A stretch of 64,000 bases of DNA from Podarcis cretensis (Eukaryota). Shown piece by piece: positions 45,785 through 60,152 of this stretch. The stretch lies in NCBI GenBank assembly GCA_951804945.1, contig OX638164.1:26784001-26848000 (forward strand). The letters are read 5' to 3'. The notes beneath the pieces were generated by a model. The model did no database searches and was not told the origin of the DNA. It was given only the letters and a program-made list of their open reading frames with translations. The number at the start of each line of letters is the position of its first letter. Position 1 is the stretch's first letter. Position numbers and translations under genes: made by a program.

Positions 45785-48700
45785 ATGGACCGGCATTCGG
45801 GCAGCTTAACCATGTTCACCAAGGAAGATTTTGAGGACGATTGGCTCAAGGTGGCCAGTGGGGTTTTTGGCGAGGTCTTCCGAGTGAGGCACAAGCGATG
45901 GAGAACCACCTTTGCAGTGAAGTTATCCTCTCGCCTTCCCCAGGACTCCAGACCTGACAGGTAATCTGCTTGGCTGTGCTAGGTGCTTTCTTTGGAGAGG
46001 GTTGCCTTGCCAGATTTCTGTTTGAAAGGCTCTTTGGATCTGCTTAGCTCACACCTTTGGCACGAGACTGTTCATTGCGCTTGGCCAAAGCAACAAAAAC
46101 AGCATTCAGTGGGAGGCGAGTTGAGACTGGCCTGGTTTGCTTCAGGCCCACCTTGTCAAGCGCCTGAAGCTAATTCTCTTGGCAGCCTTCAACGTGTGTT
46201 GAGCTGCACCAACTGGTCAGGCAAGTTATCAAGCAGAATGTGAAGCCAGCTGAGAAGCAAGATAAAAAACTGTTGCATTGCACCCAGGCAAAACAAGACT
46301 AGATACTGCAATGGTTGCCTGTTCTGGTATGGAATTTCCAAACCAGCCAACTGTCTTTAAAATATTAAGTATGTAGATGGGCTCTGTCATTCACTGCTAA
46401 ATTTACCCCAAAGTATCCCTGTAATCCTTGTAATTAAGATTTCTTGTCTTCATTTTTTTTTTGGGGGGGGGCAGTCATGAAGCGCATCAACTTTTAAAAG
46501 GCATTTGAACACCCCTCACTCTTTGTGACCCTTTGCACTTTTGAAACCATTACTCAGTAGTACTTTAGCCAGAGATTTCCTGCCCTCTCCTTTCTCCCCT
46601 CTTGATCCATGGTATACTCTATAGCAGGGTTTCCCAAACTTGGTTCTCCAATGGCTTTTGGACTACAATTCCCATCATCCCTGACCACTGCTTCTTCTGG
46701 CTAGGGATGATAGGAGTTGTAGTCCCAAAACAGCTGGAGACCCAAGTTTGGGAAACTCTGCTCTATAGGAACACATAGCTTAAAGGCTAAAAAATTTAAT
46801 GACACAGGTTTTTGTGAACAGTGGTCCACTCCAGCAAGTGCATGGAGTGTTATTCTGAGGCAGACATCCCCAAATTCATCCCTCCAGATGTTTTGGGACT
46901 ACAACTCCCATCATACGGGACCGCCTCTCCTGGTATGCCCCACGGAGGACCTTATGGTCTTCAAACAAAAACACCTTGGAGGTCCCGGGCCACAGAGAGA
47001 TTAGGCTGGCCTCGACCAGAGCCAGGGCTTTTTCGGCTGTGGCTCCGATCTGGTGGAACGCTCTGTCACAAGAGACGAGGGCCCTGCAGGACTTGACTTC
47101 TTTCTGCAGGGTCTTATCCCAAGCTAACAGGACCAGTGGTCAGGGATGATGGGAATTGTAGTCCCAAAACATCTGGAGGGCTGAGTTTGGGGGTGCCTGT
47201 TCTGAGGGCTCATCATACTTCCATTTGGTCTGTGACTTCTAGGTGGTCCAAGAGGTTTTTCTTTTTTCCTGCTGCTTTCCTTGAGAAAACCCACTGTTTG
47301 CTGATGAATTGGAACAAACGTCAGTCTTGTTTTCTGTGGATTTTTCTGATTCAGAAGCAAACAGTGGGTTTTCCCAGGGAAAGCAGCAGGAAACCAGAGC
47401 CCATGCTTTGAAATCACAGAACAAGCGGAAGTGTGGTGGAGCCCTGAGTTGCAGCCATGTATATACAGTGGTTACATATGCTTCAGGTTACATACGCTTC
47501 AGGTTACAGACTCCGCTAACCCAGAAATAGTGCTTCATGTTAAGAACTTTACCTCAGGATGAGAACAGAAATTGTGCACTGGCGGGGCAGTGGCAGCAGG
47601 AGGCCCCATTAGCTAAAGTGGTGCTTCAGGTTAAGGACAGTTTCAGGTTAAGTACGGACCTCCAGAACGAATTAAGTACTTAACCCGAGGTACAACTGTA
47701 TGATTGGAGGAACTATAAGCACTGAGGTCAGAAGGAAATGAAATGCAGCTGAACCAAGCGCAGTCAGAGGTGCAGTACTGCCTCAGACTGCCTCAAGGCT
47801 CTCTGATGTCACAGAGGGGCTTGCAAGCCCATGGGAAAGCAGGTAGTGAACTTGCTTGTAGGAGTACCACTGCTAGTGATGTGGTGAACACAATGCATAT
47901 TGGTGAGGTTCTTAGTGCAGTCCAGGTGTTCTCTCTGTGACGATGACTAAGCTGTGATCCGCTGTTCCCACACTTCTAAGTCATCTTGATGCTATGCTCA
48001 AGAAGGGCTGGACATTGATTGCATGTGTAATTCCAAACTGGGAATGGAGTTTCCCCAGAATTTCAATGTTGGGTTTATCTGCACAGAATTTCAATCATTT
48101 CCATGATGCCAGTTATTTTTTTATTGGTCTTTAAATACCTCGGCTTTATTTTCCAGTCAACAGGGTCATGGGGAGCCCATCAGATACATGCAAAGCAAAA
48201 GTGTCCCAAAGTGCCAAAATTCTGGTGCACTTTTTCCATACCAAAGGTGGCAATCACATACCCTCAGCCCTTGAAGTGTTTAAAGCTAAACCCCTAGCAC
48301 AGTTATTATATGGGTCTCAGATTTGGACAGGCACTCACCTTGGATCTACAGAAGCTGTTCAAAGTTCCTAAGGCATTTTTTCTTCTTCTTCTATCCTGTG
48401 TTCCAAAAGCTTCATTGTGCTTAGAGGCTAACCTCCCCTCTGTTGAATTACATATTTGGCGCAGGACTTTTAATTATTGGCTTTGCCTAAATTTAAACCT
48501 CACTGGTCTACCACCCTTAGCATCGCAAGATTGTCATGAGAGGTAAAGGTAAAGGTCCCCCTGCCCGTACGGGCCAGTCTTGACAGACTCTGGGGTTGTG
48601 CGCCCATCTCACTTAAGAGGCCAGGGGCCAGCGCTGTCCGGAGACACTTCCGGGTCACGTGGCCAGCGTGACATCGCTGCTCTGGCGAGCCAGAGTCGCA

Positions 48701-49082
48701 CACGGAAACGCCGTTTACCTTCCCGCTGGTAAGCGGTCCCTATTTATCTACTTGCACCCGGAGGTGCTTTCGAAATGCTAGGTTGGCAGGAGCTTGGACT
48801 AAAATTGTCAACCAAAAGCTTTACTTTACTGGTTTATCTTATCTATAGAATTTCAATCATTTCCATCTCACTCATTGAGCTAGATGAGATGCCAGTTATT
48901 TTTTTTATTGGTCCTTCTAAAAATATGAACAATTCTCATATACTCATTTTTTGCATATACTGTTTTACTCCAGGTTTTCAGGTTACCAGTGCATAAGCAT
49001 ATACATGCAACAATGCATATAACTGTATAAAATAATGCTGCCTAACTGTAGTATAGCATGGGACCCTATATAGATATATATG

Positions 49083-49124
<42 letters not shown>

Positions 49125-50497
49125 ATATGACTTTTGTGTGAATAGTTTTGTATATAATTAGGATTGTTATTAATTTTTTTTATAAAAAATCCTGACACAA
49201 CAAGAGCCTGCTGAATCAGGCTAATGATCAATGGCCCATCTCATCCAACACCCTATTCTTCCCATCACCACCTCTTGTGGGAGCGATTTCTAACTGTGAG
49301 ATGAAGTCCTTTTGTCTGTCCTGAGCCTTCCAATGTTCAGTTTCATTGGATGTCTCCAAGTCCTAATATTATGAGAGAGGAAGAAAAATGTTCCACTCAT
49401 GAGTGGCTTGGGCATAAGTAGGCACTTGATGCCAGAGGTGATCCAATGTAGGCAAAGCCACAAAATTTAATGTATGCATCTATTTAAACTGGGTTCTTCC
49501 TCAGTTTCTAATCCAGACTACACAAATCATTCATTGAATTGCTCACCGTGGCACCATCACCATCCTGTCTAGGCGTCATCCCTTGGTACCATCTCAGCCA
49601 ATCTTTTGCACTGACCTGCATCTACCACTGAAGTTAAAGTACACTAATGTGTTGTGCTGTTGTTGTAAAACTGAAACAACAGAGCTTGACAACATGGATC
49701 TGACCCAGCAGGCTCACCTTGTGTTCTTATTTGTGACTTTCACTGTTTTGAGACCAAAATTTAGCAGTAATGCTCCACATTACCCCCTGTAGAACCAGCA
49801 CAAAGCATCTCGCTGAAGAGGCAGCCAAAATAGAGAAAATCAAGTTCCAGCACATTGTGTCCATCTATGGTATCTGTTACAGCCCTTTGGGGATTGTGAT
49901 GGAATATATGGCCAATGGGTCCCTGGAGAAGATTCTCCCCACCCACCAAATGTCTTGGCAACTCAAGTTCCGGATCATCCATGAGACGAGCTTGGCTGTG
50001 AACTTCTTGCACAGTCTGAAGCCTCCTTTGCTTCACCTGGACCTAAAGCCAGGAAACATCCTACTGGATGCCAACATGCATGTGAAGGTGAGGTCAAACT
50101 GGGGAGCAGGATTCAGGTAAAGGTAAAAGGTAAAGGACCCCTGGACAGTTAAGTCCAGTCAAAGGTGACTATGGGGTGCGACGCTCATCTTGCTTCAGGC
50201 CGAGAGAGCTGGCATTTGTCCACAGCATGGCCAGCATGACTAAACTGCTTCTGGTGCAACGGTGCACAATGACAAGTGCCACAGTGCACAGAAATGCCAT
50301 TTAGCTTCCTGCCGCAGCGGTACCTATTTATTTACTTGCACTGGTGTGCTTTTGAACTGCTAGGTTGGCAGAAGCTGGGACAGAGCAATGGGAGCTCACC
50401 CCGTCGCAGGGATTTGAACTGCCAACCTGCTGATCCGCAAGCCCAAGAGGCTCAGTGGTTTAGACCACAGTGCCACCTGCATCCCTGGGGAGAAGGA

Positions 50498-50535
<38 letters not shown>

Positions 50536-53500
50536 TGCGCGCGTGTGTGATAGCTCAGTACTGCATGTATGGTGCAGCTTTGCTTGTAGAAAGTCACAGG
50601 TTCTGTCTCTAACATATCCAGTTACAAGTTTCAAGGATGGGAAAGATCAGGGCTGATGCCAAGGTTTGGCGTGATTGGGCACCTACTGAGGGCCCACATC
50701 CCGGAACGCAGTCCAATGACAAGAGCCCCCAGGACCTGCTCCTCCTCTTACTCACTGCAGCCCTGCTTATTCATCTGCCTCTTGTTCTGGCCAGAGGATG
50801 TTGAAAAATTAAAACATCAGTGAATTTGTGGTTTTTGGCTCCAGTTATAATTAAAGTAAATTTTATATAACATCCATCTACCCACACCTACAAACTCTCA
50901 CACAAATACAAAAAGGAGTCCATGCCCAGAAATAAGGAGACAAATGAAGTTAAACCAGTGGTAGGCATGGAAGTGAAAAATGTACTTTTATTTCACCTTG
51001 ACTTCAGATTTCAGATTTTGGACTCTGCAAGTGGATGGAAGAATCAAGCCTAATGGAATACATTGAGAGGTCAGCCCAGAGGGGTAGTTTGAGCTATATC
51101 CCTCCTGAGATACTTCTGCAGAGCTCCAGTCCACCAGGAACTAAATTTGATGTCTACAGGTGAGGACCAACCTGCTGTCCCTTTGAGTTGCTGGCTATCT
51201 ATTCTCTGGTGGAGTTGACTTACCTTCTGACCACTCTTGAATCTTGCTTGCCACTTCCCAGCTTGCAGTCTGGGCCCAACCCAATCATTAGGCAGAATGA
51301 GGAGGATGCTTAAGGTAGCAGATGCTGAGGCACTTGGAGCAGGAAAAGTTAAGTGTGTGTCCAAGTGCCCACCTCCCAAGCTAGCCTAATGCCAGGGCCG
51401 GCCTGCTCATGAGGTGGGATGAGGCTGCTGCCTCAGGTGGCAGAAGTGCAAGAGGCAGTGCCCCTGTGGGCACTCTGCCACCAGCGGAGAAGCAATGCTG
51501 GCAGCAGTGTTGGCTTCTGATGAGATCTCACCAAAATATTGTGAGATCTCCTGAGATTTTGGTGAGATCTCATTGGAGCCCACCACCACTTCATAGGTGC
51601 CACCACACAACCCAGGTAAGGGAGATGGTGGCTTGGTGGCATGGCAGTACAGCAGCATGGCACATTTCTGTTTCACCTCAGGCAGCAAATGGGATGTGCC
51701 ACCTCTTCCTGCTACATTCAGGCATGATGGGATAGTTCTCCTCATTACCTGGGTTGGAGTAACAACATCCAACTGCAGTTTAGTTGGTTTCCATACGTGG
51801 AAAGGGGGAAGGAGCCATTTTGTATTTTCTTTCTGGCTGCAAACTATATTTGGGCTCACCCTGTTGCTCCACATGACCATATTTCATAGTTTTCAAATCC
51901 CTGTTTTGTTTAAGCTCCATGTGTAACTATTTTCTCCTAATAATGCTTTGTGTTTTTGTTTGTATTTGTTTCATCTTCATTTCTTTCATTCTTTTTCAAG
52001 TTTTGGGATTGTCATCTGGGAGATTCTTACCCAGAAGAAGCCATATTCAGGTAATTCTGATGGGGTGAGGAGATGGAAATCACCTATTCTCCCAGGGTTC
52101 TCCTTGGCAGAATGCAGGTGAGGGATTGGAACAGAAATTTCAGTACAGGCTTCCAATAATGCCACAGGGATGGTAAACCTGTGACTACTTCCATATGTTA
52201 TTGTCCAGCCATGATGGACAACGGTCAAGGATGACGGGAGCTGGAGTCCCAACAGCATCATGATGGCCACAAGTTTCTAACCTATGCAAGAACAGTTACA
52301 TATCCAGAGTTCACTTCCTCATAACCCTATGAGTGAATGGTGAGTGTGTTGTTAATGGAGGAAATGCCTTTATTTTTATTTATTTAGAACAAGTGGGAAA
52401 GGCCCCAATGTTGCTCTATAATTCTAAGCACCCCCCCCCAAATCAGTGCAGTTTAGAAAGCTTCAGCCTGCCATCTTGATTCAAAATGGCATCCAATTTT
52501 ATCCAGGCATAGCTGAAAACCTCCTTGATCTCAGGAACCCAAAATTTGATTATATCTTAAGAGCTGTTGAAATGCATAGAGAACAAACAACTTTCCAAAA
52601 CATCTAGTAAATGCCTGGCTTTTTTTTTTTTTTAATCTGCTGAAATTTATATTGCTCTTGGTTTGTTTATTTTAAGCAGTCAATGTTTTTTAAATAACAT
52701 TTGTGTTGCTTCCATATAAACCATCTAGCTGCTTCTTTCGAAATCTATTGTGTTTTTATGACAGAGAAGCCGCCCCCTGTGAGCTATGCCTAAAAAGGCA
52801 GTCTTTCCATACATTAACAAAAATTAAAAACAACTAACTATCTGTTCCATCCCGCCCACCCCCAACCCCAGATTTAAAGCTTCCTTTTCAGCTTGGGAAA
52901 AGCGAACTCCCAAAGTGAGTAACACCCAAATAAAGAGAATTTGCACAAAGGGAAATTAAAATGAAAACCATAAAAACAGCAGGAAGAAAACCGCAGCAAA
53001 GAAGCAGATGTAAAATGAAGTTAACATTTATAGACAGTGGGATAAAATTGTTTCAAATCAACGCAGCTTAAGCACCACTCTGTAAAGGCGCTTCAGATCT
53101 CTTGGTAGGAGGGCAAGGGATATCTTGACTGGCTCAAGCTGAGGGATTCAACTTGATCTTTCCGGAGAGGATGTTTCTGAAGTGGACTACCACCAGAGAG
53201 GTGGCCCTTTTTGCCACTCACCACAAGAGAGGGACATATCTGCCCATTTGGGCTTCTCTCAGTTTCTCATTTTTGCCAGTCTCAAATCCAGTGTGTCGCA
53301 ATGTCACATCAGCTGGTGATTTTTTTTTTTTAAGTCCTCACAAAAACCTGTCAGCAATTTAGTGCTCTCCTAACATACACCCACAGTTTTCCCACGGAGG
53401 AAAAATATGTGACAGAAGGTGGTCCTTTTTCGTTTTCAACAGGGGTCAAGACAATGGCTGTCATCGTCACCGTGGCAACAGGCCAGCGCCCCTCCATGGA

Positions 53501-56500
53501 GCCCATCCGTGATGACTGGCCAGCGGAATGCCAGCAGATGGTTGACTTGATGAAGAGATGTTGGGACCAAGAGCCCCAGAAGAGGCCAAGCTTCACAGGT
53601 CTGGTAGCTGAAAGGATTCCTCCTGAGAGCTATTCCACATATGGGGTCCCAGCTGGGCTTTTGACCTTATCCAGAGGTCGTAGACCATTGATCCATACAG
53701 CCCAAGGATAGGCAACCTGTGGAGATTGATCAGATGATACTGGGCTACAGCAACTCCCATCATTCCTTGCCATTTGTCATGCTGGCTGTTGGGGCTGCTG
53801 GGAATTGGAGTCCAAAAATATCTAGAGGACCACAGGGATTTCAATCCTTGAACTGAGAAGAGGTGTTCTATGGTCTCAAGATGGAGTGCCTCTTGCAGTA
53901 GAGAATGCTACTTCTTAGATCAGGGCTGGGGAACCTGTGGACCTCCAGATGTAGCTGGACTTCAACTTTCATCATCCCCAGCCATTGGCTTTGCTGGCAT
54001 CTGGGGCTGCTAAGAGTTGGAGTCCAACAATATACAAAGGGCTACATGCTCCTCATCCCTGATCTAGTCAGATGATGCCCAGTCTGAGAGGCAGCTCCTC
54101 CTCAGGGTCCCAGGCAATGGTCTTTCCCATTACATCCTACCTGAGATCCTTTACATCTTGATGCCAGAGCTTTAACCTGAGACTTTCTGCATGAAAAGCA
54201 GGTTTTCTGCCATGAGCAACATCCTCTAAGTGCTGCTGCCTCAGAGAAGGCCCCATCTATCATATCTCTGGAACATGGACCACAGCCTCCCCAGAACATG
54301 TAGAATCTGGTCTCCACAACTAATTGGCATTTCATCATTCTTCAGCTGCATGGGAAATGGAACTGCAAGTCCTTGAAATGAGCTCATTCCCAATCTTTTC
54401 CACTTCCTTAGATGTTGTGGTGGAGACGGACATGCTATTGTCCCTAACCCAATGCCCTGTGGTGGACCTGGAGAATGAGCGCTTCTCCAGGAAGATGTCG
54501 GTGAAGCCTCCTTTCTCTAGAAGAGAACAGGTAAGGGGAAAGCTGTCCTGCTACCTTGCTCATTTTAGGCAGAGCATTTGCCCTAAATAGGAAGGGAATT
54601 CTCCATGTGTTGCATCTTAAGAAGGGTACAGAAGTAGGATCTGAAATGATGCAAAACAACTCAAGGTCAATTGTGGGACTTGCTGTTTCTGATGGGCTCT
54701 GCATATTTATAGTTCTCCANNNNNNNNNNNNNNNNNNNNNNNNNNNNNNNNNNNNNNNNNNNNNNNNNNNNNNNNNNNNNNNNNNNNNNNNNNNNNNNNN
54801 NNNNNNNNNNNNNNNNNNNNNNNNNNNNNNNNNNNNNNNNNNNNNNNNNNNNNNNNNNNNNNNNNNNNNNNNNTCTTTATTTTCAAAAAGGCCATTAAAG
54901 GTGAACAAAGAAAAGAATGCCTTTGTGTAACAAGTGTGTAGCACACAAAGTGAAAATGAATATAAAACACAGCGCAATCCAGTAAAGAGGCCTTTTAAAA
55001 AAGATATCATGACAGAAAAGCACATGGCTCGTGTTATTACACTGCTAACTGCCTCCATGTTCTTTTCCATGTCTTCAATACAAAGAGAAAGGGTACAGAT
55101 GGATGCGGTCCCTTTCAGGAAGCACACAACAGTGGTGAGTATCTGCTTTTGTAGGATCTAAAACACATTTTGGAGTTTTGCAAAGTCCTACTGCTCAACA
55201 TGTTCTCTTCCAAGCTGGATAAGGGAATCTGACCTTAGCATTGCACTGAATCTTGAGACAGCCTTTGCCCATCATTCCCCACTGCCCTGTTCTGGGTTTT
55301 GAGAGGTGTGGTGGCTAGCAGCAACTTCCAAGTCATTTTGAGAGTTCTTGGTCTGGATGGAGGTTGGAAGTTAGGCTTACAAACAGGAATTAATTGGATC
55401 AGTTAAAGAAATTATCTCAATGACCTGTTAGTAACTAGAATGTAAGTAGCTGAAAACCTATTGAAACACAATGAGGCAATGATATAAGAACCAGTTGGGA
55501 CTTGAGCAAATCAAGTCCTAATCAATGGGTGTTTGTGTGTAATTCCAGCATCAATTTGGGGTCAGGCAGAAAACCACAAACCTATTCAGGGGTGAAAGTT
55601 CAGACTAGTGACCCATATGGAAAGGGGATAGAAGTGGTGACAGGGGGTAAGCTCAAACTGAGCAGGCAGAATGCATTGTTGCAACCTACAGTATAATTTG
55701 GTGGGAGCAGGAAATAAGGTTGGTGTAAGATATGAAGTGACTACTTCGGGCACAAGGTAAACATTACCATCAGTTGTATTGGAGATGTGGGTCACAATGC
55801 ACAATTTGGACGCCTTCACAAACTGACTGGATATGTGGGGGCAGCTGTGTTTCTAATGAAAGTGACCAAGGGAAGGACTTCTTATTGCTGACCAATCCAG
55901 TAGGAGAGCTCTGTCTGCTTGAGAATGTAGAGAATGGCACAAGCAAATATTTACAGATCCTAGAATGCAAAATTAGCACCATATATGACAGAGATGGATC
56001 ATGCCGTGTATCAGAGCCAGCATGGTACATTAATTAATTAGAGTGTTGAACCTGGGAGACCAGGATTCAAATCCCCACTCTGCCATGAAACTCAAGCTTG
56101 GGTGAACTTGGGCCAGTCACCATCTTTTCGGCTTATCTCAATGGGTTGTTGTGAGGAAAAAATGGGGAGAGGAAGAACCATCTATGAAATTTTGAGCTCC
56201 CTGGAAGAAAAGTGGGGTATAAATTAATAAAATTAATAAATAGCTTGGCCACAGCAGTTGACAGTAGTACTTCATAGATGGCATTGGGCCACATTTCAGC
56301 AGAACCAAAGCGCCTGATATCAGCAGATCTCATTGGTTATGTTCTCAGCCCCTTTTAATTTTGTTTCAGCTGAGGATGAAAAGGATCAATCCCACTGTTT
56401 CCCTCACAATGAGGTTGAAAGCTTGGAAGCTCTGGTAATGTCAGAAGAAGTTAGCAAGAGCCATGAAGACACCCTTCACCTCATGGTTGCTTCAGGAAAC

Positions 56501-57658
56501 CTGGAGAAGGTGAAATTCCTGTTGAGGCAGGGAGCTGATGTCAACAAGCGGATAGCCTGTGGCTACACACCCCTCATCCTGGCCGTCCAAAAGAGGTCTC
56601 TGGAGACCATCTTGCTCCTTATCCAACATGGTGCAGATGTCAACATGGCTGATGAGGACAACTGGTCACCTCTCCATTTTGTGGCTCAGAACGGAGACGA
56701 CAGGATTGCACGTCTCCTACTCGATCACAAGGCCAACGTTGATACCCGAGAACTTGATGGGTGGACGCCCCTTCACTTGGCCTCTCAGAACAACTTTGAG
56801 AACGTGGTGCGGGTTCTCCTCTCACGCCAGGCTGATCCCAATGCTCAGGAGAATGAGGGACGGACTGCCTTGCACCTGGCAGCTTGTTATGGGCACATCA
56901 AGCTCGTTAAAATGCTGGCCAGCCAAGGCGCAGACCTGGAAAGGAAGCAGAGAAACCTCCGGACCCCTCTTCACCTCGCTGTGGAGAAAGGCAAATTTAG
57001 GGTGGTCCAGTACCTTCTGAAGAATGGCGTTGAAGTCAACAGCCTGGACCAGAATCACTACAGTGCTCTGCATATGGCTGTAGCAAAAGGGAAATACCTT
57101 ATCTGTGAGAAACTTATAAAATATGGAGCCATTGTGGACCTGAGGACAGAGAAAGGATGGACGCCTTTGCACCTGGCTTCCATTGAAGGCTACGTGGACA
57201 TCATCCACCTCCTGGTGGACAACCATGGCAAAGTGAATGCCAGAGGAAGCCTGGACTGGACTCCCCTCCACTTGGCAGCACGTTACAGTGAGGCGGCTGC
57301 AATTTTCGAGTTGCTAAGGAGCGGAGCGGACCCCAATGCAGCTGAGAATTTGGGCTGGACTCCACTCCACCTGTCAGTACAGCGGGGGGCTTTTCTCAGC
57401 ATCCTCCACCTCCTTGAGCACAAGGCAGATGTCAACATCAGGAACAAGGTGGGTTGGACGCCCACTCACCTTGCAGTGCTCAAAGACAACGTGGCCATTG
57501 TAAAGACTTTGCTGGATGCTGGGGCACTGCTGGAGCTGGAGGACAATGCTGGGTGCACGCCGCTCCAACTTGCCATCAGGAATGAAAAGCAAAGCATTGT
57601 GGATTTGTTGCAAGGCATGGAGTCCTCAAAAACCAGCCCAAGGAGCCAGGAGGGATGA
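45785..57658 (+). CDS. ANKK1: ANKK1 (ankyrin repeat and kinase domain containing 1; RIPK family), 8 exons, 761 aa
   Basis: Exons 45785-45960, 49793-50087, 51008-51159, 52001-52050, 53443-53598, 54412-54530, 55086-55134 and 56370-57658; phase-compatible, 2286 nt. Kinase motifs [33 protein letters not shown]; about 11-12 ankyrin repeats in the last exon; synteny with TTC12. Exon 7 was inferred from splice signals and phase only. Confidence 0.95.
46625..46760. mobile_element. hAT-type MITE
   Basis: TIRs CAGGGTTTCCCAAACTTGG / CCAAGTTTGGGAAACTCTG, 8-bp TSD CTCTATAG. Confidence 0.85.
48125..48540 (+). mobile_element. Degenerate LINE reverse-transcriptase C-terminal fragment (L2-like)
   Basis: FKYLG motif and LLYGSQIW in broken frames. 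A related KPWFDQEC fragment lies at about 44880-45010. Confidence 0.6.
48541..48793 (-). mobile_element. Sauria SINE (young subfamily, truncated)
   Basis: Near-identical to 34711-35109 over the shared part. Confidence 0.9.
50114..50486 (-). mobile_element. Sauria SINE
   Basis: GGTAAAGGTAAAAGGTAAAGG reverse tail and core. Confidence 0.85.
54720..54873. other. Assembly gap (154 N) in ANKK1 intron 6
   Basis: Run of N. Confidence 0.99.
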
Positions 57659-58733
57659 AGGGAAGGCTCCAAGAAAACATCCAAACAAATCCGAGGTGGA
57701 ACTGGATTGACCTCAGAGTTTGGGAGAGGGTCAGTACCAGCATGAGGAATTCAAGTGGGCAATAATTTCTCTGCTTCTGTGGGTGGTCCCTCATAGGACA
57801 TGCTTGAGTTTGTGCCTTTGTCCTATTAGGCAGTTTCAGGAAAGTTGGTTTGAGATGTGGCAAAAAAATGTGTCCGTTGCATGGGAAAGATATAAGTTGT
57901 ATCTAACTCCTCTTAAATGTTCACATCTGCCAAGCAGCTCAAAGTGCTGAAGAAGATGGATCATATCCAAATTCTACTAAGGGTAGACTTGCTGAAATTA
58001 ACGAACCTAAATTAAACAGACCTATAAATTTCAGTGGGTCATTGTTATCCCCATCTTGCAGAGGAACAGACGTCTTTGCTTTACCCAGAGTCAGTTCATT
58101 GCTCCCACTAGCCAAGCACTGTACAGACTGAAGATCAATGACTCTCCAAAGTGGGATTTAATTGGCTCTGGTATGCAGCCAGGAAGATTATGTGCGACAA
58201 AAATTTAATTGTAGGTGGGGTTTTTTGGTGAAGTTAGGCAATATGAAGTTTAATAGGGAGTTCGCTTGCTAACTTAAATAAAATAGAAAATGAAGACAAA
58301 TAGTTTCCTTCCAGTCTAATTAACTTTATTAACGTGACCTTGTTCAGCCCAAGGACCAAAGCTGGGGAGGGGGAACGTGCCAGTGGTGGGAGGGGCAAGA
58401 AGTGGGTGGAGAGACAGAGGGAAAAGTGGGCGGAGTAAAGGAAATGACTTTTGCTCAGCAGGCTGTAGTCCAGCCACACAAAATTCAGAGGTTTCTACAA
58501 CCAAAGACTCACTTGAAGCTGTTCAGACAAGCAGGAGGCATCACCGCAGTACCAGTAAACATTTCTACCAAAAAAGGTGCCAAGCATGATTAACAAGAGG
58601 GGTGGCTTGGAAAGCAGGGGTATGGCCTAGGGGGAATTCCACGGGCCAGACAGAAATCTAGAGGGCCGAATTCCACATACCCCACACTCTTGAGACCTGG
58701 GGTTACCCTCTTCAGCTTGATACAAATAGTATA

Positions 58734-59181
58734 CAGTGGAACCTTGGTTGTCGAATGCAATCTGTTCCAGAAGACATTTGACTTCCAAAACGTTCAACAA
58801 TCAAGGCGCAATTGCCAGTCGGCAAAATCCATTGAAAAAATGGAGAAACGCGCCTCAGAAGCCATTCAACTTCTGAGGGGCGTTCGAAAATGGAAACATT
58901 CACTTCTGGGTTGTCAGCGTTCAAAAGCTGAAACGTTTGACTTTCAAAACATTTGACAAATGAGATTCCACTGTATAGTTGTACCTTGGATCCCAAATAC
59001 CTTGCGACTCACACATTTTGGCTCCTGAATGCCGTTCCAGTTTGCGAACATTCTTTGGAAGCTGAACATCCGACGTTGAGTTCAGGAAGCTCCTGCAGCC
59101 AATTGGAAGTCATGCCTTGGTTGTTAAATGTTTTTGGAAGTCTAATGGAATGGATTCCATTTGACAACCATGGTATAACTG
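58734..59181. mobile_element. Two abutting degenerate Tc1/mariner-type MITEs
   Basis: TA-CAGTGGAACCTTGG..TTCCACTG-TA-TAGTTGTACCTTGG..GGTATAACTG-TA; similar to 41165-41415. Confidence 0.75.
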
Positions 59182-60152
59182 TATTACATTTTAACTCTGA
59201 AATTATTTGCAAAGACCTCCCCCATTTCTTTTATGATTGCTTTCTCATTTCCTTTTCTTCTTCGCCATCTTTCTTTATTGTGATTCCTATCTATTTCCAT
59301 TTCCCTCTTCTTCTTTTCTGTCATTTCCTCCTTCCCCTCCTGTTTTCTTCCTTTTCTCAGAAGAAATTCTGGGGAGGGATGTATATTTTTTTGGTGGGGA
59401 GGAAGATTATGCCACCTGCTTGGGCAGTAAGCTGGAGGATATGAAACTTAGAGTAAGCTCTGCTCCAATGCCTCACAACCGTTTCTGGCTCCGCTATCTG
59501 AAATCCTTTTAATTCGGGACACCTCAGATTAAGTCTGGGACCATCTACATGTGAAGTAAGTTATTCACCACAGGGTATAGCTTGGAGACGTCTGAAAATG
59601 AGAGGCAATGGAATGTTCCTTGCTTCCCCCTCTTCTCCTCTAGCATGGACATGAGAAGGCAATCAGAAGTTTTCACATCCATTGTCGAATAATCATAGTT
59701 TCTAGTGTTTACCAAGGTTTGTTGGTGCAAGGCAGGGTCATTATATATTTGATTAGTCAATAAGCTGCTTTTCAAGAGAAAACCCTTCAGAAAGTGGCAT
59801 AAAAATATCAAAAGTAAATAATTGTGAGAACAATGCAAAACAAAAAACTAAAACTTTTTATCTACCCCAAATTCACAGGAAAAAGCAGGCTGGGGAAACA
59901 ACAACCAGCCTAGCATAAAGCTAAGCATACAGGTAATATAAACAGTTCAAATAATTGCACCTTCAATGCTTAAATAATCAATAAATAAATGGAACATGAC
60001 AGGCAGCAGAATGAAGACGAGTTTTCAAAGTCTGTTGAAAAATACCAGTGGAAAAAGTTTGCCCAATATAATTGGAATTGAATTTATCAAATGTGAAGAG
60101 CTACCCTGTTCCGTTTGCACCTAAGCAGAGGCTCTGCTGCAGATCATTAAAG

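Noticed and set aside
54444-55127. ORFs spanning the N run
   Set aside because: Artefacts of the assembly gap.
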